From Methanobacteriota archaeon (lineage in GTDB: Archaea > Thermoplasmatota > Poseidoniia > Poseidoniales > Thalassarchaeaceae), in assembly GCA_002727275.1 (NCBI GenBank), contig PBWO01000019.1, positions 15,260 through 79,259 of the forward strand: a stretch of 64,000 bases of DNA, given 5' to 3'. The notes below the pieces were generated by a model, which was not told the origin of the DNA, made no database searches, and saw only the letters and a list, made by a program, of their open reading frames with translations. Positions 21,375-31,518 of this stretch are shown here, in pieces; positions within the stretch are counted from its first letter, which is position 1; each line of letters begins with the position of its first letter. The translations under genes were made by a program, and so were the position numbers.

Positions 21375-22130
21375 CTAGCGCATGTTCGCTAGTCTGGCTT
21401 CTTGTATAATCAAAGTACCCCTGACCCCTTTCCACAGGCTCTCAGTACTGCATTCTATGTTCCCATTCATGCATGGTGAAGAAAGCACTACAGTCTCAAA
21501 CTCTCCTCCCTATCCGTCTATGTTGAATCTGTGTCTTTGCGACAGTGCATCTAGTCTTATCAGAGACTTTTCATCTAGTATTTCCCCCAACCACTCTTCT
21601 CCTAATCCATCAGCAGATACTGATACGAACATCACTTCGAAACCGTGCTCTATTAGTGCATGCATATGAGAGACAGGGTCATGATGCCAAAGTGGGCTGT
21701 ATGAGATGATCCCTAGGCGTTCACACATCCTATCTATCCTAGTCTTCTGGTAGTCTGATCGTAAAGCACCTACTACCAATGCATCCACATCCAATTCACC
21801 TTCATGAAGAACTAGATCCTTTGGCCGAACCCAGCCATCAGGCCACATCTCTTCGAAGTTTGATGCCGAGTTAGCATTCCCAGATAGTGCGAATTCAAGA
21901 TCTGAGATTTCGAACTCTTCCTCCCCATCACTCAATAACGGCAACCATGGAACTTCCATTGCTGCACTTTGCAGAGCGGCTATGGCGACACCTTGCGTCT
22001 GAAACATCATTGAATCATCTGACTTGATGCCGACCGATACTATGCATTTGACATCCCATCCTCGCATCTTGGCCCACCAAGAACAGTATGAGGAATCCTT
22101 GCCTGCAGATGCCAATACGGCGACTTTCAC
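21375..22130 (-). pseudogene. dph6: Diphthine--ammonia ligase with in-frame TAG at 21510-21512 (error, pseudogene or read-through)
   Basis: SAGKDS PP-loop, SMMF, SDYQ..R, SPLW; NIDG*GGEFETVV continues in frame for 44 codons to TAG at 21375. Confidence 0.88.
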
Positions 22131-22227
22131 GCTTCTCCGAGTCGGGACACATCAATGAATGACGCGATTAACTAGACTGGTTTCGACCAAGATTGATAAG
22201 AGTGCGTATAGGCAACGACATGATATC

Positions 22228-22938
22228 ATGCAGCCAAGCGGACGAGGATATGACCATGGAGTTTCGACCTTTTCACCTGATGGTAGACTGTATCAGGTGG
22301 AGTATGCCCGCGAATCTGTCAAGCGTGGAACGACCACTGTCGGTCTGAAGTATAAGGATGGAGTGGTTCTGATTGTCGATAAGAGAATCTCTAGCAAACT
22401 GGTGATTGCAGACTCAATCGAGAAGATGTATCAGATAGATGATCACATTGGAATTACCACTTCTGGGCTGGTTGCAGACGCAAGACAGTTGGTCGATAGG
22501 GCTAGAGTTCAGTGTCAAATTAACAAGATGACTTACGGCGACGCCATTGGAGTAACTTCACTCGTCAAGAAGATGTGCGACCATCTACAATCATTCACCC
22601 AGTATGGCGGAGCTAGGCCTTTCGGTACTGCATTGCTGATTGCTGGCCTTGACAATGATGGAATCCATCTTTTTGAGACAGACCCCTCGGGGGCTTACCA
22701 ATCATATCAGGCTGGAGCAATCGGTAGAGGCAAATCTACCGTGATGGACTACTTTGAGGCCAAATGGAAGGACAATATGACGCAAAACGCTGCTATTAAA
22801 TTGGGACTAGAGGCTCTCAGGGAGTCAATGGACGATGATTTGAATTCCGATACGGTAGAAATCGCTGTCGTAGACACCGACGGCTATCGAAAGATGGCCC
22901 ATGAGGATGCTCTCAAACACCTTGAGAAGATTTCCTGA
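22228..22938 (+). CDS. psmA: Proteasome alpha subunit
   Basis: GYD..STFSPDGRLYQVEYA, SGLVADAR, RPFG, TDPSG. Confidence 0.97.
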   Translation: MQPSGRGYDHGVSTFSPDGRLYQVEYARESVKRGTTTVGLKYKDGVVLIVDKRISSKLVIADSIEKMYQIDDHIGITTSGLVADARQLVDRARVQCQINKMTYGDAIGVTSLVKKMCDHLQSFTQYGGARPFGTALLIAGLDNDGIHLFETDPSGAYQSYQAGAIGRGKSTVMDYFEAKWKDNMTQNAAIKLGLEALRESMDDDLNSDTVEIAVVDTDGYRKMAHEDALKHLEKIS

Positions 22939-22978
22939 GCATCCATGCCTCTAAGTCAGCCTTCGCTCTGGATGTACC

Positions 22979-23668
22979 ATGGTGAGCCTAGACGATGCTG
23001 TTACAGCCCGTCTTGAGAGGGGTGGCGCCAGATACGAGATTCTGGTTGACCCAGAACTTGTTCAAATCTGGAAGGATGATCCGGAATCAGTTGAATTGAG
23101 TGACCTACTCGCGGCAGAGGAGATATGGTCTGACGCCAAGTCCGGTGACAGACCCACATCCGAGGCTCTTGAAGGGGCCTTTGGTACCACAGATCTGGCA
23201 GCATGTGTAGAACGAATTCTCAATCAAGGTTCTATTCAGTTGACAACTGCGCAGAGGAAGCAGATGGTCGAAGAAAAGACGAAGCAAATTATCAATGAAA
23301 TATCACTGACTGCCACCGATCCCAAGACCCGTCTCCCCCACCCTCAAACCAGAATTGAAAACGCCTTGGCTGAGGCCCGTTTCAAGGCCGATCCATTCCT
23401 TTCCGTAGACCGCCAAGTTCAGGATGCTGTTAGTATCTTGAAGCCTATCATTCCACTCCAATTCATCACTGTGAAACTTGCATTCAAAATTCCAGGCAAG
23501 GATTACGGTGGAGTAATGCAATTACTCCGAGACTCGATGCAGAGGGAACAATGGCTCGATGACGGGTCTTGGGCTTGCGTAGTAGAAGTGCCTGGAGGAA
23601 TGAGAAACGAGATAATAAGCAGAGTCGCAAATCGTTCTTCGGGTGTAGAGGTAAAGGAACTCGACTGA
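22979..23668 (+). CDS. Ribosome maturation factor SBDS/Sdo1
   Basis: ARL..GG.RYEILVDP, GSIQLT..QR, DPKTRLPHP..RIE; canonical position after psmA. Confidence 0.95.
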   Translation: MVSLDDAVTARLERGGARYEILVDPELVQIWKDDPESVELSDLLAAEEIWSDAKSGDRPTSEALEGAFGTTDLAACVERILNQGSIQLTTAQRKQMVEEKTKQIINEISLTATDPKTRLPHPQTRIENALAEARFKADPFLSVDRQVQDAVSILKPIIPLQFITVKLAFKIPGKDYGGVMQLLRDSMQREQWLDDGSWACVVEVPGGMRNEIISRVANRSSGVEVKELD

Positions 23669-23731
23669 ATTGCACCGTAGGTGCATACATCAACGGTTAT
23701 GAAGGAGGGGCGGGTCGCGCGGCCCGATAAC

Positions 23732-24403
23732 ATGAGTGTTAGCGATACAGCGGACGGTCCGCGTAATGGTAGACGAGCATCCCCCCTCGTCACCCCCGGG
23801 GAGGATCTCGGGAAATCAGAGGGAAGAGAAGCCGGCCATGGCGTCCTAGTGATGGATGGCCGCTTAACAGCGACCAAGCACGGCAGAATTAACGAAAAAG
23901 GCAACGAGGTTTCTATTCAACCTCTAAGGACAGCATACATCCCAAGGCCAGGTGATCTTGTGATAGGCTATGTTGAAGGATGTACCAACAACATCTGGTT
24001 TGTCGACATAGGAGCTCCATTCAATGCCATTCTTCCAATGAGTCTTGGTCCAGGAAACACCTCTTTCGGTGGGACCAGACAGGTCATAGACATCGGTGAG
24101 GCAATACTTTGCAGAATTCAAGAGGTCGAAGAGACCCATTCAAGCGTAGTTACGATTAAGGGACTCGGACTAAGAAAAATCAGATCAGGTACAATCGAGG
24201 ACGTAGAGCCTCATCTACTAGGACTTCTAATTGGTAAGAAAGGCAATTCTTTGAGGGATTTGAAGAATGAGTCTGATTGCAGGATAGTGGTCTGTGATAA
24301 TGGTAGAATTTGGGTCGATGGAGAATTTGAGGGGGTAGTCTCTGTGAAGACTAAACTCAAAGAAATGACTCTTGAATCAAAGGCTGTTGGGGGTGTTGCT
24401 TGA
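23732..24403 (+). CDS. rrp4: Exosome RNA-binding subunit Rrp4
   Basis: LVTPGE, YIPRPGDLVIG (S1), LIGKKG (KH), NGRIW. Confidence 0.93.
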   Translation: MSVSDTADGPRNGRRASPLVTPGEDLGKSEGREAGHGVLVMDGRLTATKHGRINEKGNEVSIQPLRTAYIPRPGDLVIGYVEGCTNNIWFVDIGAPFNAILPMSLGPGNTSFGGTRQVIDIGEAILCRIQEVEETHSSVVTIKGLGLRKIRSGTIEDVEPHLLGLLIGKKGNSLRDLKNESDCRIVVCDNGRIWVDGEFEGVVSVKTKLKEMTLESKAVGGVA

Positions 24404-25119
24404 TGGGAGGATACGGTGACATCCAGATGATCGATGAGAATGGAATCAGGATGGACGGTCGTAAGGCCGGAGATCTCAGGCCCATTGAGATTGAGACTGG
24501 AGTAATCCCGGTTGCAGATGGCTCAGCCAGAGTCATCTGGGGCAACAATCACGCGGTCGCAGCCATTTATGGTCCAATGGAAGCTCATCCGAGAAAGATA
24601 CAGCGCCAAGATCGAGCGGTTCTAGATGTGCGATACAATATGGCACCATTCTCAACCAGTGACCGGATTCGTCCTGGTTTTAACCGACGTAGTCGAGAGA
24701 TTAGCAAGGTAACTGCTGAGGCCCTTGAGAGTGTGGTACTAGTTGAGATGTATCCTCGCTCGAAGATCCGCGTTGAGATTGAAATTCTAGCAGCCGAGGC
24801 CGGAACTCGATGCGTTGGCATCACTGCAGCATCGGTTGCTCTAGCTCATGCAGGAATCCCAATGACAGACATGGTCGTTTCTGTGGCTTCTGGTAAGATC
24901 AACGATGTAGTGGTTTGTGACCTAAACAAAGAGGAGGATAACTACGGTGAAGCCGACTTGCCTATGGGGATACTCCCCAACTCAGGAGAACTAGTCTTCT
25001 TGCAGATGGACGGCGATCTTTCCCAAGATGAATTCCAGAAGGCCTGGGACTACAACATGGACGCTGCTCAAGGTATTCATGAGATAATGGTCGACGCTCT
25101 CAAAGGGGGTGAATCCTGA
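24403..25119 (+). CDS. rrp41: Exosome subunit Rrp41
   Basis: RMDGR..DLRP, ADGSA, YNMAPFS, RSREIS, AGTR, EED..GEADLP, LQMDG. Confidence 0.96.
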   Translation: MGGYGDIQMIDENGIRMDGRKAGDLRPIEIETGVIPVADGSARVIWGNNHAVAAIYGPMEAHPRKIQRQDRAVLDVRYNMAPFSTSDRIRPGFNRRSREISKVTAEALESVVLVEMYPRSKIRVEIEILAAEAGTRCVGITAASVALAHAGIPMTDMVVSVASGKINDVVVCDLNKEEDNYGEADLPMGILPNSGELVFLQMDGDLSQDEFQKAWDYNMDAAQGIHEIMVDALKGGES

Positions 25120-25904
25120 TGGCTATTCCACTAGTACCACAATTGCTTCGCGCCCATCTAGCAGAACTAGCTGAGCAGAATCATAGGATGGATGGCCGAG
25201 GACAATGGGAATCTCGAGAAATCGAACTTCAGACAAACGTCTTGCCCAACGCTGAAGGTTCTGCGATGGTCACAATGGGGGATACCATCGTATACGCCGG
25301 AGTTAAATTCCAGATTATGACACCTTATCCAGATAGGCCCAACCAAGGCGGATTGATGTGCAGCGCTGAAGTCAGGCCCGTAGCCGGCCGTAATTGGGAG
25401 GCAGGCCCCCCAAGTCCTGAATCAATTGAGCTGGGAAGAGTTGTGGATAGGGGAATTAGGGAGTCCGGATGTATAGATGTGGACGGCCTCTGCATCATCC
25501 CGGGTGAGAAGGCATGGCAAGTTATTCTTGACTTGTTTGCCGTTTCTGATGATGGTAATTTATTCGACGCCTTTGCCCTAGCGGGTATTGCGGCTCTGAG
25601 GACTGCAATCGTTCCTGAAGTTAAGTTTGAAGTAAGTGATTCGGACAGGCCCCTACCTATTTCTAAGACTCCAATAATGTGCTCTTATCACAAGGTCGGA
25701 GGTCGATTTGTCTACGATGCCGACGGTAAGGAAGAACTTGGAGGAGATGAGAGAATCCACATTACTTTGGGTGATGATGACAATGTCCATTCACTTCAGA
25801 AGGGTCTAAAGGGAATCTTCACGGCGAACGAATTCGCTGAAATCATGGAGCATGCTAAGTCCAGATGCGGTGAACTCAGAGATTTGGTGCACGGAGGAGA
25901 GTAG
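25119..25904 (+). CDS. rrp42: Exosome subunit Rrp42
   Basis: RMDGR, AEGSA, PYPDRPNQG, ELGRVVDRGIRES, DDGNLFDA. Confidence 0.96.
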   Translation: MAIPLVPQLLRAHLAELAEQNHRMDGRGQWESREIELQTNVLPNAEGSAMVTMGDTIVYAGVKFQIMTPYPDRPNQGGLMCSAEVRPVAGRNWEAGPPSPESIELGRVVDRGIRESGCIDVDGLCIIPGEKAWQVILDLFAVSDDGNLFDAFALAGIAALRTAIVPEVKFEVSDSDRPLPISKTPIMCSYHKVGGRFVYDADGKEELGGDERIHITLGDDDNVHSLQKGLKGIFTANEFAEIMEHAKSRCGELRDLVHGGE

Positions 25905-26270
25905 ATGGCAGAGAGAACTCAGAAGTCCGGTGCCACTGCTCGATTCGGCTCTCGCTATGGAGTGAGTGTGAGGCGTAGGGCCGGTGCAGTGCTGAAGAAG
26001 AAGTCACGTCACTACACATGCCCATCTTGCAATTACCAGAAGGTTCGTAGGAAGGCTGCTGGAATTTGGGAGTGTCGCAAGTGTGATCACACATTCACGG
26101 GAGGTGTATGGGAACCATTCACCAGAGCAACAGATTCCAATAACAGAATCATCCGCAGATCGATGGAAGGGGCAACTGCTACCGATATGGCAGTTATTGC
26201 TCAACAGGCAGCATTGGACTACGAGAGGAATCTGTCTGAGAGTGAGGCCGATGACTCAGAAGAAGAGTGA
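25905..26270 (+). CDS. rpl37ae: 50S ribosomal protein L37Ae (eL43) with C-terminal extension
   Basis: RFGSRYG, CPSC..VRR.AAGIWECRKC..FTGG. Confidence 0.95.
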   Translation: MAERTQKSGATARFGSRYGVSVRRRAGAVLKKKSRHYTCPSCNYQKVRRKAAGIWECRKCDHTFTGGVWEPFTRATDSNNRIIRRSMEGATATDMAVIAQQAALDYERNLSESEADDSEEE

Positions 26271-26490
26271 GTCAGCACGACTCAATCTACGCTTAAACCA
26301 TACAAAAGCGGCAGCTCTAGCCGCCTCGTTAACTACAGAGGCGAGTTTCCAACTCACCGATAGCTCAACCTTGTTTGTAGGTGAGGTTGCCGACTCAATT
26401 GTTGACCTAAGAGCAAGGTGGAATACACTGATGCGTGGGTTAATTGCATCGGAACATGTCCTAGGCCTTGGAGGAGAAGTCAATGAGTGA
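26251..26490 (+). CDS. pcc1: Probable KEOPS subunit Pcc1 (79 aa)
   Basis: ATG 26251 after GTGAGG; 'ADSIVDLRARWNTLMRGL' resembles the Pcc1 C-terminal helix; usual position before pfdB. Confidence 0.65.
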   Translation: MTQKKSESARLNLRLNHTKAAALAASLTTEASFQLTDSSTLFVGEVADSIVDLRARWNTLMRGLIASEHVLGLGGEVNE

Positions 26491-26806
26491 TTCCGAAGTT
26501 GCTGCTCAGGAGCTTCAAACGGTCGCTCAGGAGCTTCAGATGGTACGCTCCCAAATGCAGGCACTATCATCTCAAATATCTGAGATTTCAATCACATTGG
26601 AGTCTCTTGATTCTCAAGACCCTGACAGACCTGTTTACAGAGCGGTTGGAAATCTGTTACTGGAGGTCTCTGATAGGGATGCTCTGAGGTCCGAGTTGGA
26701 TCAGTCTAGAATTGCTTTTCTAGAACATTCATCCATGTTGGAAGAGAGGGAAACCAATCTTGTTTCTCAATATGAAGAACTAGTAAAGTCCTTTGAGAGC
26801 CGGTGA
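26483..26806 (+). CDS. pfdB: Prefoldin beta subunit
   Basis: Coiled coils flanking the VYRAVGNLLLE beta hairpin. Confidence 0.93.
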   Translation: MSDSEVAAQELQTVAQELQMVRSQMQALSSQISEISITLESLDSQDPDRPVYRAVGNLLLEVSDRDALRSELDQSRIAFLEHSSMLEERETNLVSQYEELVKSFESR

Positions 26807-26810
26807 GGAC

Positions 26811-27635
26811 ATGGGAGATTCGGAATCTTCGCCCCTTATGTCCGAGTTTCAAAATCTAATGATTCAGGTCAGGCAAGGGGGGACAGCAGAGTTCGCTGTG
26901 AAATCTAATGATATTCTTCTCCGCTCAAGAACTGGTGAAGGAAAAGATCCTGAAGTGGAGGCACTGATTAGGATGGAAAGGGTGTTATTTGGCATCGGCG
27001 ACGAAGAAAAAATTGGTCCAGAGTTGAAGTGGTGTATGGATAGACTAAATGCGATTAGTCCCGGATCTATTAATCACGGCGTCTCAATTCTAAACATGGC
27101 TGCTTGGCATCGAAACAAGGGAGAGACGATGATGGCATTAGCAACGCATTCAGCCATATCGCCATCAAGTGGCCATCCCAAACAACTTCTTGGGCTATCT
27201 CGTCTTGAAGTGGGCAGGATGCTAGCATCTCTGGATGATTTGTCTTCAGCAATGAGGCATCTGTGGGCTGCAAGAGGATATCTGTCCGACTCAGAAATGA
27301 TACCGGAGACACTAGCGGCATCACTGGAATGGCTTGACATCGCTCTTGATGAAGTAAACGATGTCTCGCCTAGGATGCAACATAGAATCGAGAATTCCAA
27401 GCCTCGAAATGAGCCCGGAACAACCTGGATTCCTGCCAATTCGCAAGATGTCAGGGAGGTTGTGGACATGCTACTACCAGTTCTTCTAGCTGATGTCAGC
27501 GGAACCGATAGAGCAGACTTAGGCCTTGTAATTGATGCAGCCGAAATGCTAAATGAGGAAGGGTGGATTGTCAGCCTTGAAGAGAGGATTGAGGATATTC
27601 AGGATCCTAGACTTCTAGAATTACTCCAATCATGA
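26811..27635 (+). CDS. Hypothetical helical (TPR-like) protein
   Basis: ATG after GGTGAGG; alpha-helical pattern; last gene of the exosome operon. Confidence 0.6.
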   Translation: MGDSESSPLMSEFQNLMIQVRQGGTAEFAVKSNDILLRSRTGEGKDPEVEALIRMERVLFGIGDEEKIGPELKWCMDRLNAISPGSINHGVSILNMAAWHRNKGETMMALATHSAISPSSGHPKQLLGLSRLEVGRMLASLDDLSSAMRHLWAARGYLSDSEMIPETLAASLEWLDIALDEVNDVSPRMQHRIENSKPRNEPGTTWIPANSQDVREVVDMLLPVLLADVSGTDRADLGLVIDAAEMLNEEGWIVSLEERIEDIQDPRLLELLQS

Positions 27636-27994
27636 GATATGATTGACTGGATTTCTTCTGCCCCCCATCCAAGGTTATCTGGGACATCGATGCACCAGCC
27701 CACTTCATCGATGTTAGAATCTACCGAGCCCCAAGACAAAGGCCCGGGCTCTTCCTCGACTTGTACCCAAACAACATGTCCGCCTACTACCAATGTGGAA
27801 TCGACAGCTACGGCGGTTCCCAATAGGCCAGTCTCCTCGAATAACTCCCGTAACGCAGCTTGCTCAATCTCTTCTTCCTTACCTATTGTACCTCCGGGCA
27901 ACTCCCATCCTCTTTCAGAATGTAGGACCATCACCCAGCATATATCTGGTGAATTCTTTGATGTGGTCCAAGCCAAAACAAACTCTTCTTTCAT
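27599..27994 (-). CDS. NUDIX hydrolase
   Basis: WELPGG..EEIEQAALRELFEETG Nudix box. Confidence 0.92.
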   Translation of the reverse strand: MKEEFVLAWTTSKNSPDICWVMVLHSERGWELPGGTIGKEEEIEQAALRELFEETGLLGTAVAVDSTLVVGGHVVWVQVEEEPGPLSWGSVDSNIDEVGWCIDVPDNLGWGAEEIQSIISHDWSNSRSLGS

Positions 27995-28956
27995 AACATA
28001 CTCCGGATTTCTTCGACTTTTTCGATTGCCCCTTCAATTCCTTCTGCTGCCATCCTCCTTGCTAGGAAGAATGCTTCAGTCAACCTTTCTTCTCTCAATA
28101 AGACATCAACTTCATTCAAGGGAAGGACTCCTTCATCTTCTGCATGTGTTTCTTGAACAGAAGAAATGGGATGGCCTGCGAGAGACTGCATTCTACTCAA
28201 GAACTCGACTCTAGAGTCAATTGCAGGAGTATTCCAGGATGCCGAAGTATTGTCATCCATCTTGGATTCCATACGTTCGATGAATCGGTCTCTAGCGGGA
28301 ATCTCTGGAAAGTGCAGTTGTGCTTGATCGTAGCACATCCATGCATTGTCAAACTCCCCTCTTCTCTCATGCATCCGGCCTAATTCTCCCCAAGTCTCGT
28401 GATTGTTCGGCCTATGGGCCAGAACCAATTTTGATAGTTCCAAAAACTCATCCTCGTAACCCGAGTCTCTCAAACGCTCCAATCTTCGTGAAAATAGGAC
28501 ATTTGCTCGAATATCTCTCAAATCAAGAATCCTCAATCTACTGCAAAATCCATCAACACCGCCATCAGAACCATTGGTAATTTCCCACCATGCATCTGGA
28601 TCTAGAGGATCTGCTCCTAGACTAGCCTCAAGTATCTCAGAACCCATCTCACTCATGTCAACTCCTTCCAATTGGTTCAATGAATCCGGGTCTCTACCTA
28701 GTACAGAAAATAACTCGACAAGTACGGCTCTAATTCCAGAATCATCACCTGCCAACAACTTAGTTTCAACCAGTACCCTCCAGTTATCGGGATGAGTAAA
28801 GTCGTGGAGAACAGCTTGCCTAGCACTTTGTTCCGCCCAACCAATGTAATCCGAATCATTTTGCGACATATTGAGAAATTTTTGGGCCTGACTACGGTGT
28901 CTATTACCTAGGCTTCGCCGCGGGTGTTGCAGGCTCGCGCCGATGTCAGTTGCCAT
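27991..28956 (-). CDS. TPR-containing protein
   Basis: PNNHETWGELGRMHERRGEFDNAWMCYDQA TPR repeat; ATGA-type overlap with the NUDIX gene. Confidence 0.75.
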   Translation of the reverse strand: MATDIGASLQHPRRSLGNRHRSQAQKFLNMSQNDSDYIGWAEQSARQAVLHDFTHPDNWRVLVETKLLAGDDSGIRAVLVELFSVLGRDPDSLNQLEGVDMSEMGSEILEASLGADPLDPDAWWEITNGSDGGVDGFCSRLRILDLRDIRANVLFSRRLERLRDSGYEDEFLELSKLVLAHRPNNHETWGELGRMHERRGEFDNAWMCYDQAQLHFPEIPARDRFIERMESKMDDNTSASWNTPAIDSRVEFLSRMQSLAGHPISSVQETHAEDEGVLPLNEVDVLLREERLTEAFFLARRMAAEGIEGAIEKVEEIRSML

Positions 28957-28964
28957 CTAAAACC

Positions 28965-30236
28965 TCACAACACGCTCTCATAGGGGGAACGATCGACTCC
29001 AGGTGGCAAGGTAGCATCAATCCCTATCTTGCTAGTCAAACCATCAACTCCTCTCGATGGATCTAAACTAGATCCCTTTTGATCAGAGAGGATGACAGTA
29101 TTTCTGTCAGGTTGCCAACGAGTCATCAATGCCCATTCAACACGCACAGGGTTGGAACAGTCTATGTCTGTGTCGACTATGGTGACTTGTTTCATCGAAC
29201 GATGCCCATTCAAAGCCGCATGAATCGCTTTGATACCATCTCCTTCATTTTGTGGCTCTATTGAAACAACTGCAGACAGCCAGCCGCTACCTCCGTCAGT
29301 CAGGTAGACATCAGTACAAGGTACGACTTCGTTCACAGCAGATTTGATGGTCGGTGCTCTAGGCAGCCCCATGAGTGTCCTATGTTCTACTTCAGCTGGA
29401 ATTAGTGCATGAAAGATGGCTGCATCCCTGTGATGAACTGCATGATATTCAATTACAGGCTCTTGCCTGACATCATCTACAGTACCGGTAATGTCGACAT
29501 AGGGCCCTTCATCATCGTCTCTGAGAGTGATCCTAGCCTCCATTGCATATTCAGAGTCCGCAGGCACTTGGACTCCGTTCGATAAAGTCACTAGCTCTAG
29601 TGGCTTACCATGTAGTCGCTGATGGAGGGCTGCTGCAACAGTCAATTCATCCAAGTCGTGAGTGAAGGACATAGCAGCAGCCAGAAGTACAGTTGCATCG
29701 GGCCCATTGACTACCGCGATATCTATCTCGTCACCATTAGCTCGAGCATTATCTGTCATAGTCCTGAGATGCCTGGGTACAAATCGAGAAACACAGTTAT
29801 TTGCATCGCGTAGGAATTGACGGTGAAATGACATGTTCCTCACGCCTCCATATTGAGCAATTATGACTGAGGCAGATTGGTATCGCCCTCTGTCTTCAGG
29901 GTAATGCCAAGGGATGGGAATAGAAGTAAGATCAACAGTTTTTTGTGTGTTCTCGAAAACTGGAGCATCTTCCTTCTCAATTACCACGGGCTCTTCAGGA
30001 TTATCCATAGCCCAAGCCAGGATGTCAATTAACTCTCCAGGGGTAATTTCGAATATCGAGCACAACCTGTCTCTGGCAAGAACATTCAGGGCGGAACGTA
30101 ATTCCCCAGTTCCTTCGATTTGATTGAACATTACAGCTTTGTGTCCTATGGATTTGGAATGCTCCAACATGTCATGGTTGACACTAATTTGCTCATCAAC
30201 TTCTTCAACTCCCGCCAACAAGTCCCTGAATGCCAT
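28965..30236 (-). CDS. UbiD-family prFMN decarboxylase, likely anhydromevalonate phosphate decarboxylase type
   Basis: NMSFHR, VPRHL, EGPYVDITGT, VDTDID, GSSLDPS, KIGIDAT. Confidence 0.85.
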   Translation of the reverse strand: MAFRDLLAGVEEVDEQISVNHDMLEHSKSIGHKAVMFNQIEGTGELRSALNVLARDRLCSIFEITPGELIDILAWAMDNPEEPVVIEKEDAPVFENTQKTVDLTSIPIPWHYPEDRGRYQSASVIIAQYGGVRNMSFHRQFLRDANNCVSRFVPRHLRTMTDNARANGDEIDIAVVNGPDATVLLAAAMSFTHDLDELTVAAALHQRLHGKPLELVTLSNGVQVPADSEYAMEARITLRDDDEGPYVDITGTVDDVRQEPVIEYHAVHHRDAAIFHALIPAEVEHRTLMGLPRAPTIKSAVNEVVPCTDVYLTDGGSGWLSAVVSIEPQNEGDGIKAIHAALNGHRSMKQVTIVDTDIDCSNPVRVEWALMTRWQPDRNTVILSDQKGSSLDPSRGVDGLTSKIGIDATLPPGVDRSPYESVL

Positions 30237-30365
30237 AATTAGGGCCCGACGAGTCTTCTGCTTCAATGTTGGCGAGGTTGGGCTCTGAATGAGCTCACCT
30301 ACGGTGAGTCCGTCACGCTCTTATATGGGGGGTAGGTCGGCGAGGCGTCATTCTGAGGTGTACAC

Positions 30366-30806
30366 TTGGGTCGTGGATTATTCTCCGGATCAAAGATGAA
30401 GAATGATCGTAAGAAATATCGCTGGAAGGAGCGCAAGTTCAGAGACCGTGAGATCAAGCGCCGCCAAGGTGGAGTACTCAAGCACGACCCACTCAAGGGC
30501 AGTACACAAGCAAAAGGCATCGTAATAGAAAAGGTAGGTTTCGAGGCTAAGCAACCTAATTCAGGAATCAGAAAGGCAGTCAAGATTAGCCTGATTAGGA
30601 CCGGAAACAAACTCACAGCATTCGCACCTGGGGATGGTGCGATTTCCTTCATCGACGAGCACGATGAGGTCCTAGTAGAGGGAATAGGGGGTAGAATGGG
30701 TAGATCGTACGGTGACCTTCCCGGTGTTCGTTACAAAGTCATCAAGGTCAATGGAGTTTCTTTGGATGAGATGGTCCGGGGCCGCAAGGAGAAGCCAGTA
30801 AGGTGA
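30366..30806 (+). CDS. rps12: 30S ribosomal protein S12 (uS12)
   Basis: [28 protein letters not shown]; TTG start after GAGGTG. Confidence 0.97.
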   Translation: MGRGLFSGSKMKNDRKKYRWKERKFRDREIKRRQGGVLKHDPLKGSTQAKGIVIEKVGFEAKQPNSGIRKAVKISLIRTGNKLTAFAPGDGAISFIDEHDEVLVEGIGGRMGRSYGDLPGVRYKVIKVNGVSLDEMVRGRKEKPVR

Positions 30807-30810
30807 TTCA

Positions 30811-31419
30811 ATGTCGGATGAAGCAAGCGTCGAGACAGAGAAGCCTATTGCAGGCATTGGCACCATGGTCTTCGGAAAATGGGATGCCGCTGAAGTTACC
30901 TGTTCAGACCCAGGCCTAGCACCATACATCAATCTCACAACAATCGGAACTCCTCATTCAGGCGGGAGACATGCAAACGCTTGGTTCGGCAAATCGAAGC
31001 TGTCTGTAGTCGAGCGATTCATCAACAACATGATGCGAACCGGCAAGTTCTCCGGAAAAAAGCAGCACTGTGCGAGAGCCTTTGAGAACGCTCTTGATAG
31101 AATCGCTCAGAAGACTGGTGAGAATCCTCTGCAGAAGTTCATCGATGCAATCATTGAAGCTGCCCCCTGTGAGGAGATTACTAGAATTAAGGTCGGAGCA
31201 GTCAGTCAGCCAAAGGCAGTCGACTCATCTCCGAATCGTAGACTTGACATTGCTCTGAGAAATATTGCACTCGGCTCTACTTCTGCCACCGCAAAAAGTC
31301 GCAGAACTTTGACGGAAGGCATTCTGGCAGAGTTATCTAAGGCGGCTGAAGGGGACATTACATCCTTCTCCGTAGGCAAGCGAGAGGAGATCGAGAGAAT
31401 AGCTGCATCTGCCCGATGA
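30811..31419 (+). CDS. rps7: 30S ribosomal protein S7 (uS7)
   Basis: FGKW, VERFIN, ENPLQ, AVDSSPNRRLDIALR, EIERIAASAR. Confidence 0.96.
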   Translation: MSDEASVETEKPIAGIGTMVFGKWDAAEVTCSDPGLAPYINLTTIGTPHSGGRHANAWFGKSKLSVVERFINNMMRTGKFSGKKQHCARAFENALDRIAQKTGENPLQKFIDAIIEAAPCEEITRIKVGAVSQPKAVDSSPNRRLDIALRNIALGSTSATAKSRRTLTEGILAELSKAAEGDITSFSVGKREEIERIAASAR

Positions 31420-31518
31420 TGGCAATTACTTACAACAAGACTACTGAGAGTCGTTTCAGTTGTCTCACAATCGGATTTATGAACCGTAGTCAGGTCGCCG
31501 CGACAACAGGTGTTAGCA

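Noticed and set aside
21510-21512. Pyrrolysine or genetic-code reassignment of TAG
   Set aside because: The position is a conserved Glu, no pyl genes or tRNA-Pyl are seen, and many genes (surE, lhr, rrp42, coaBC) end properly at TAG
26504-26539. Direct repeat GCTCAGGAGCTTCA with 21-nt period
   Set aside because: Encodes a repeated coiled-coil heptad (AQELQ) in prefoldin
27639-28214. 191-aa plus-strand ORF and many similar antisense ORFs in the track
   Set aside because: Shadow frames of well-supported genes on the opposite strand
30294-30308. Palindrome CTCACC-TAC-GGTGAG upstream of the rps12 TATA-like element
   Set aside because: Only 6-bp arms and a single occurrence; cannot be distinguished from chance
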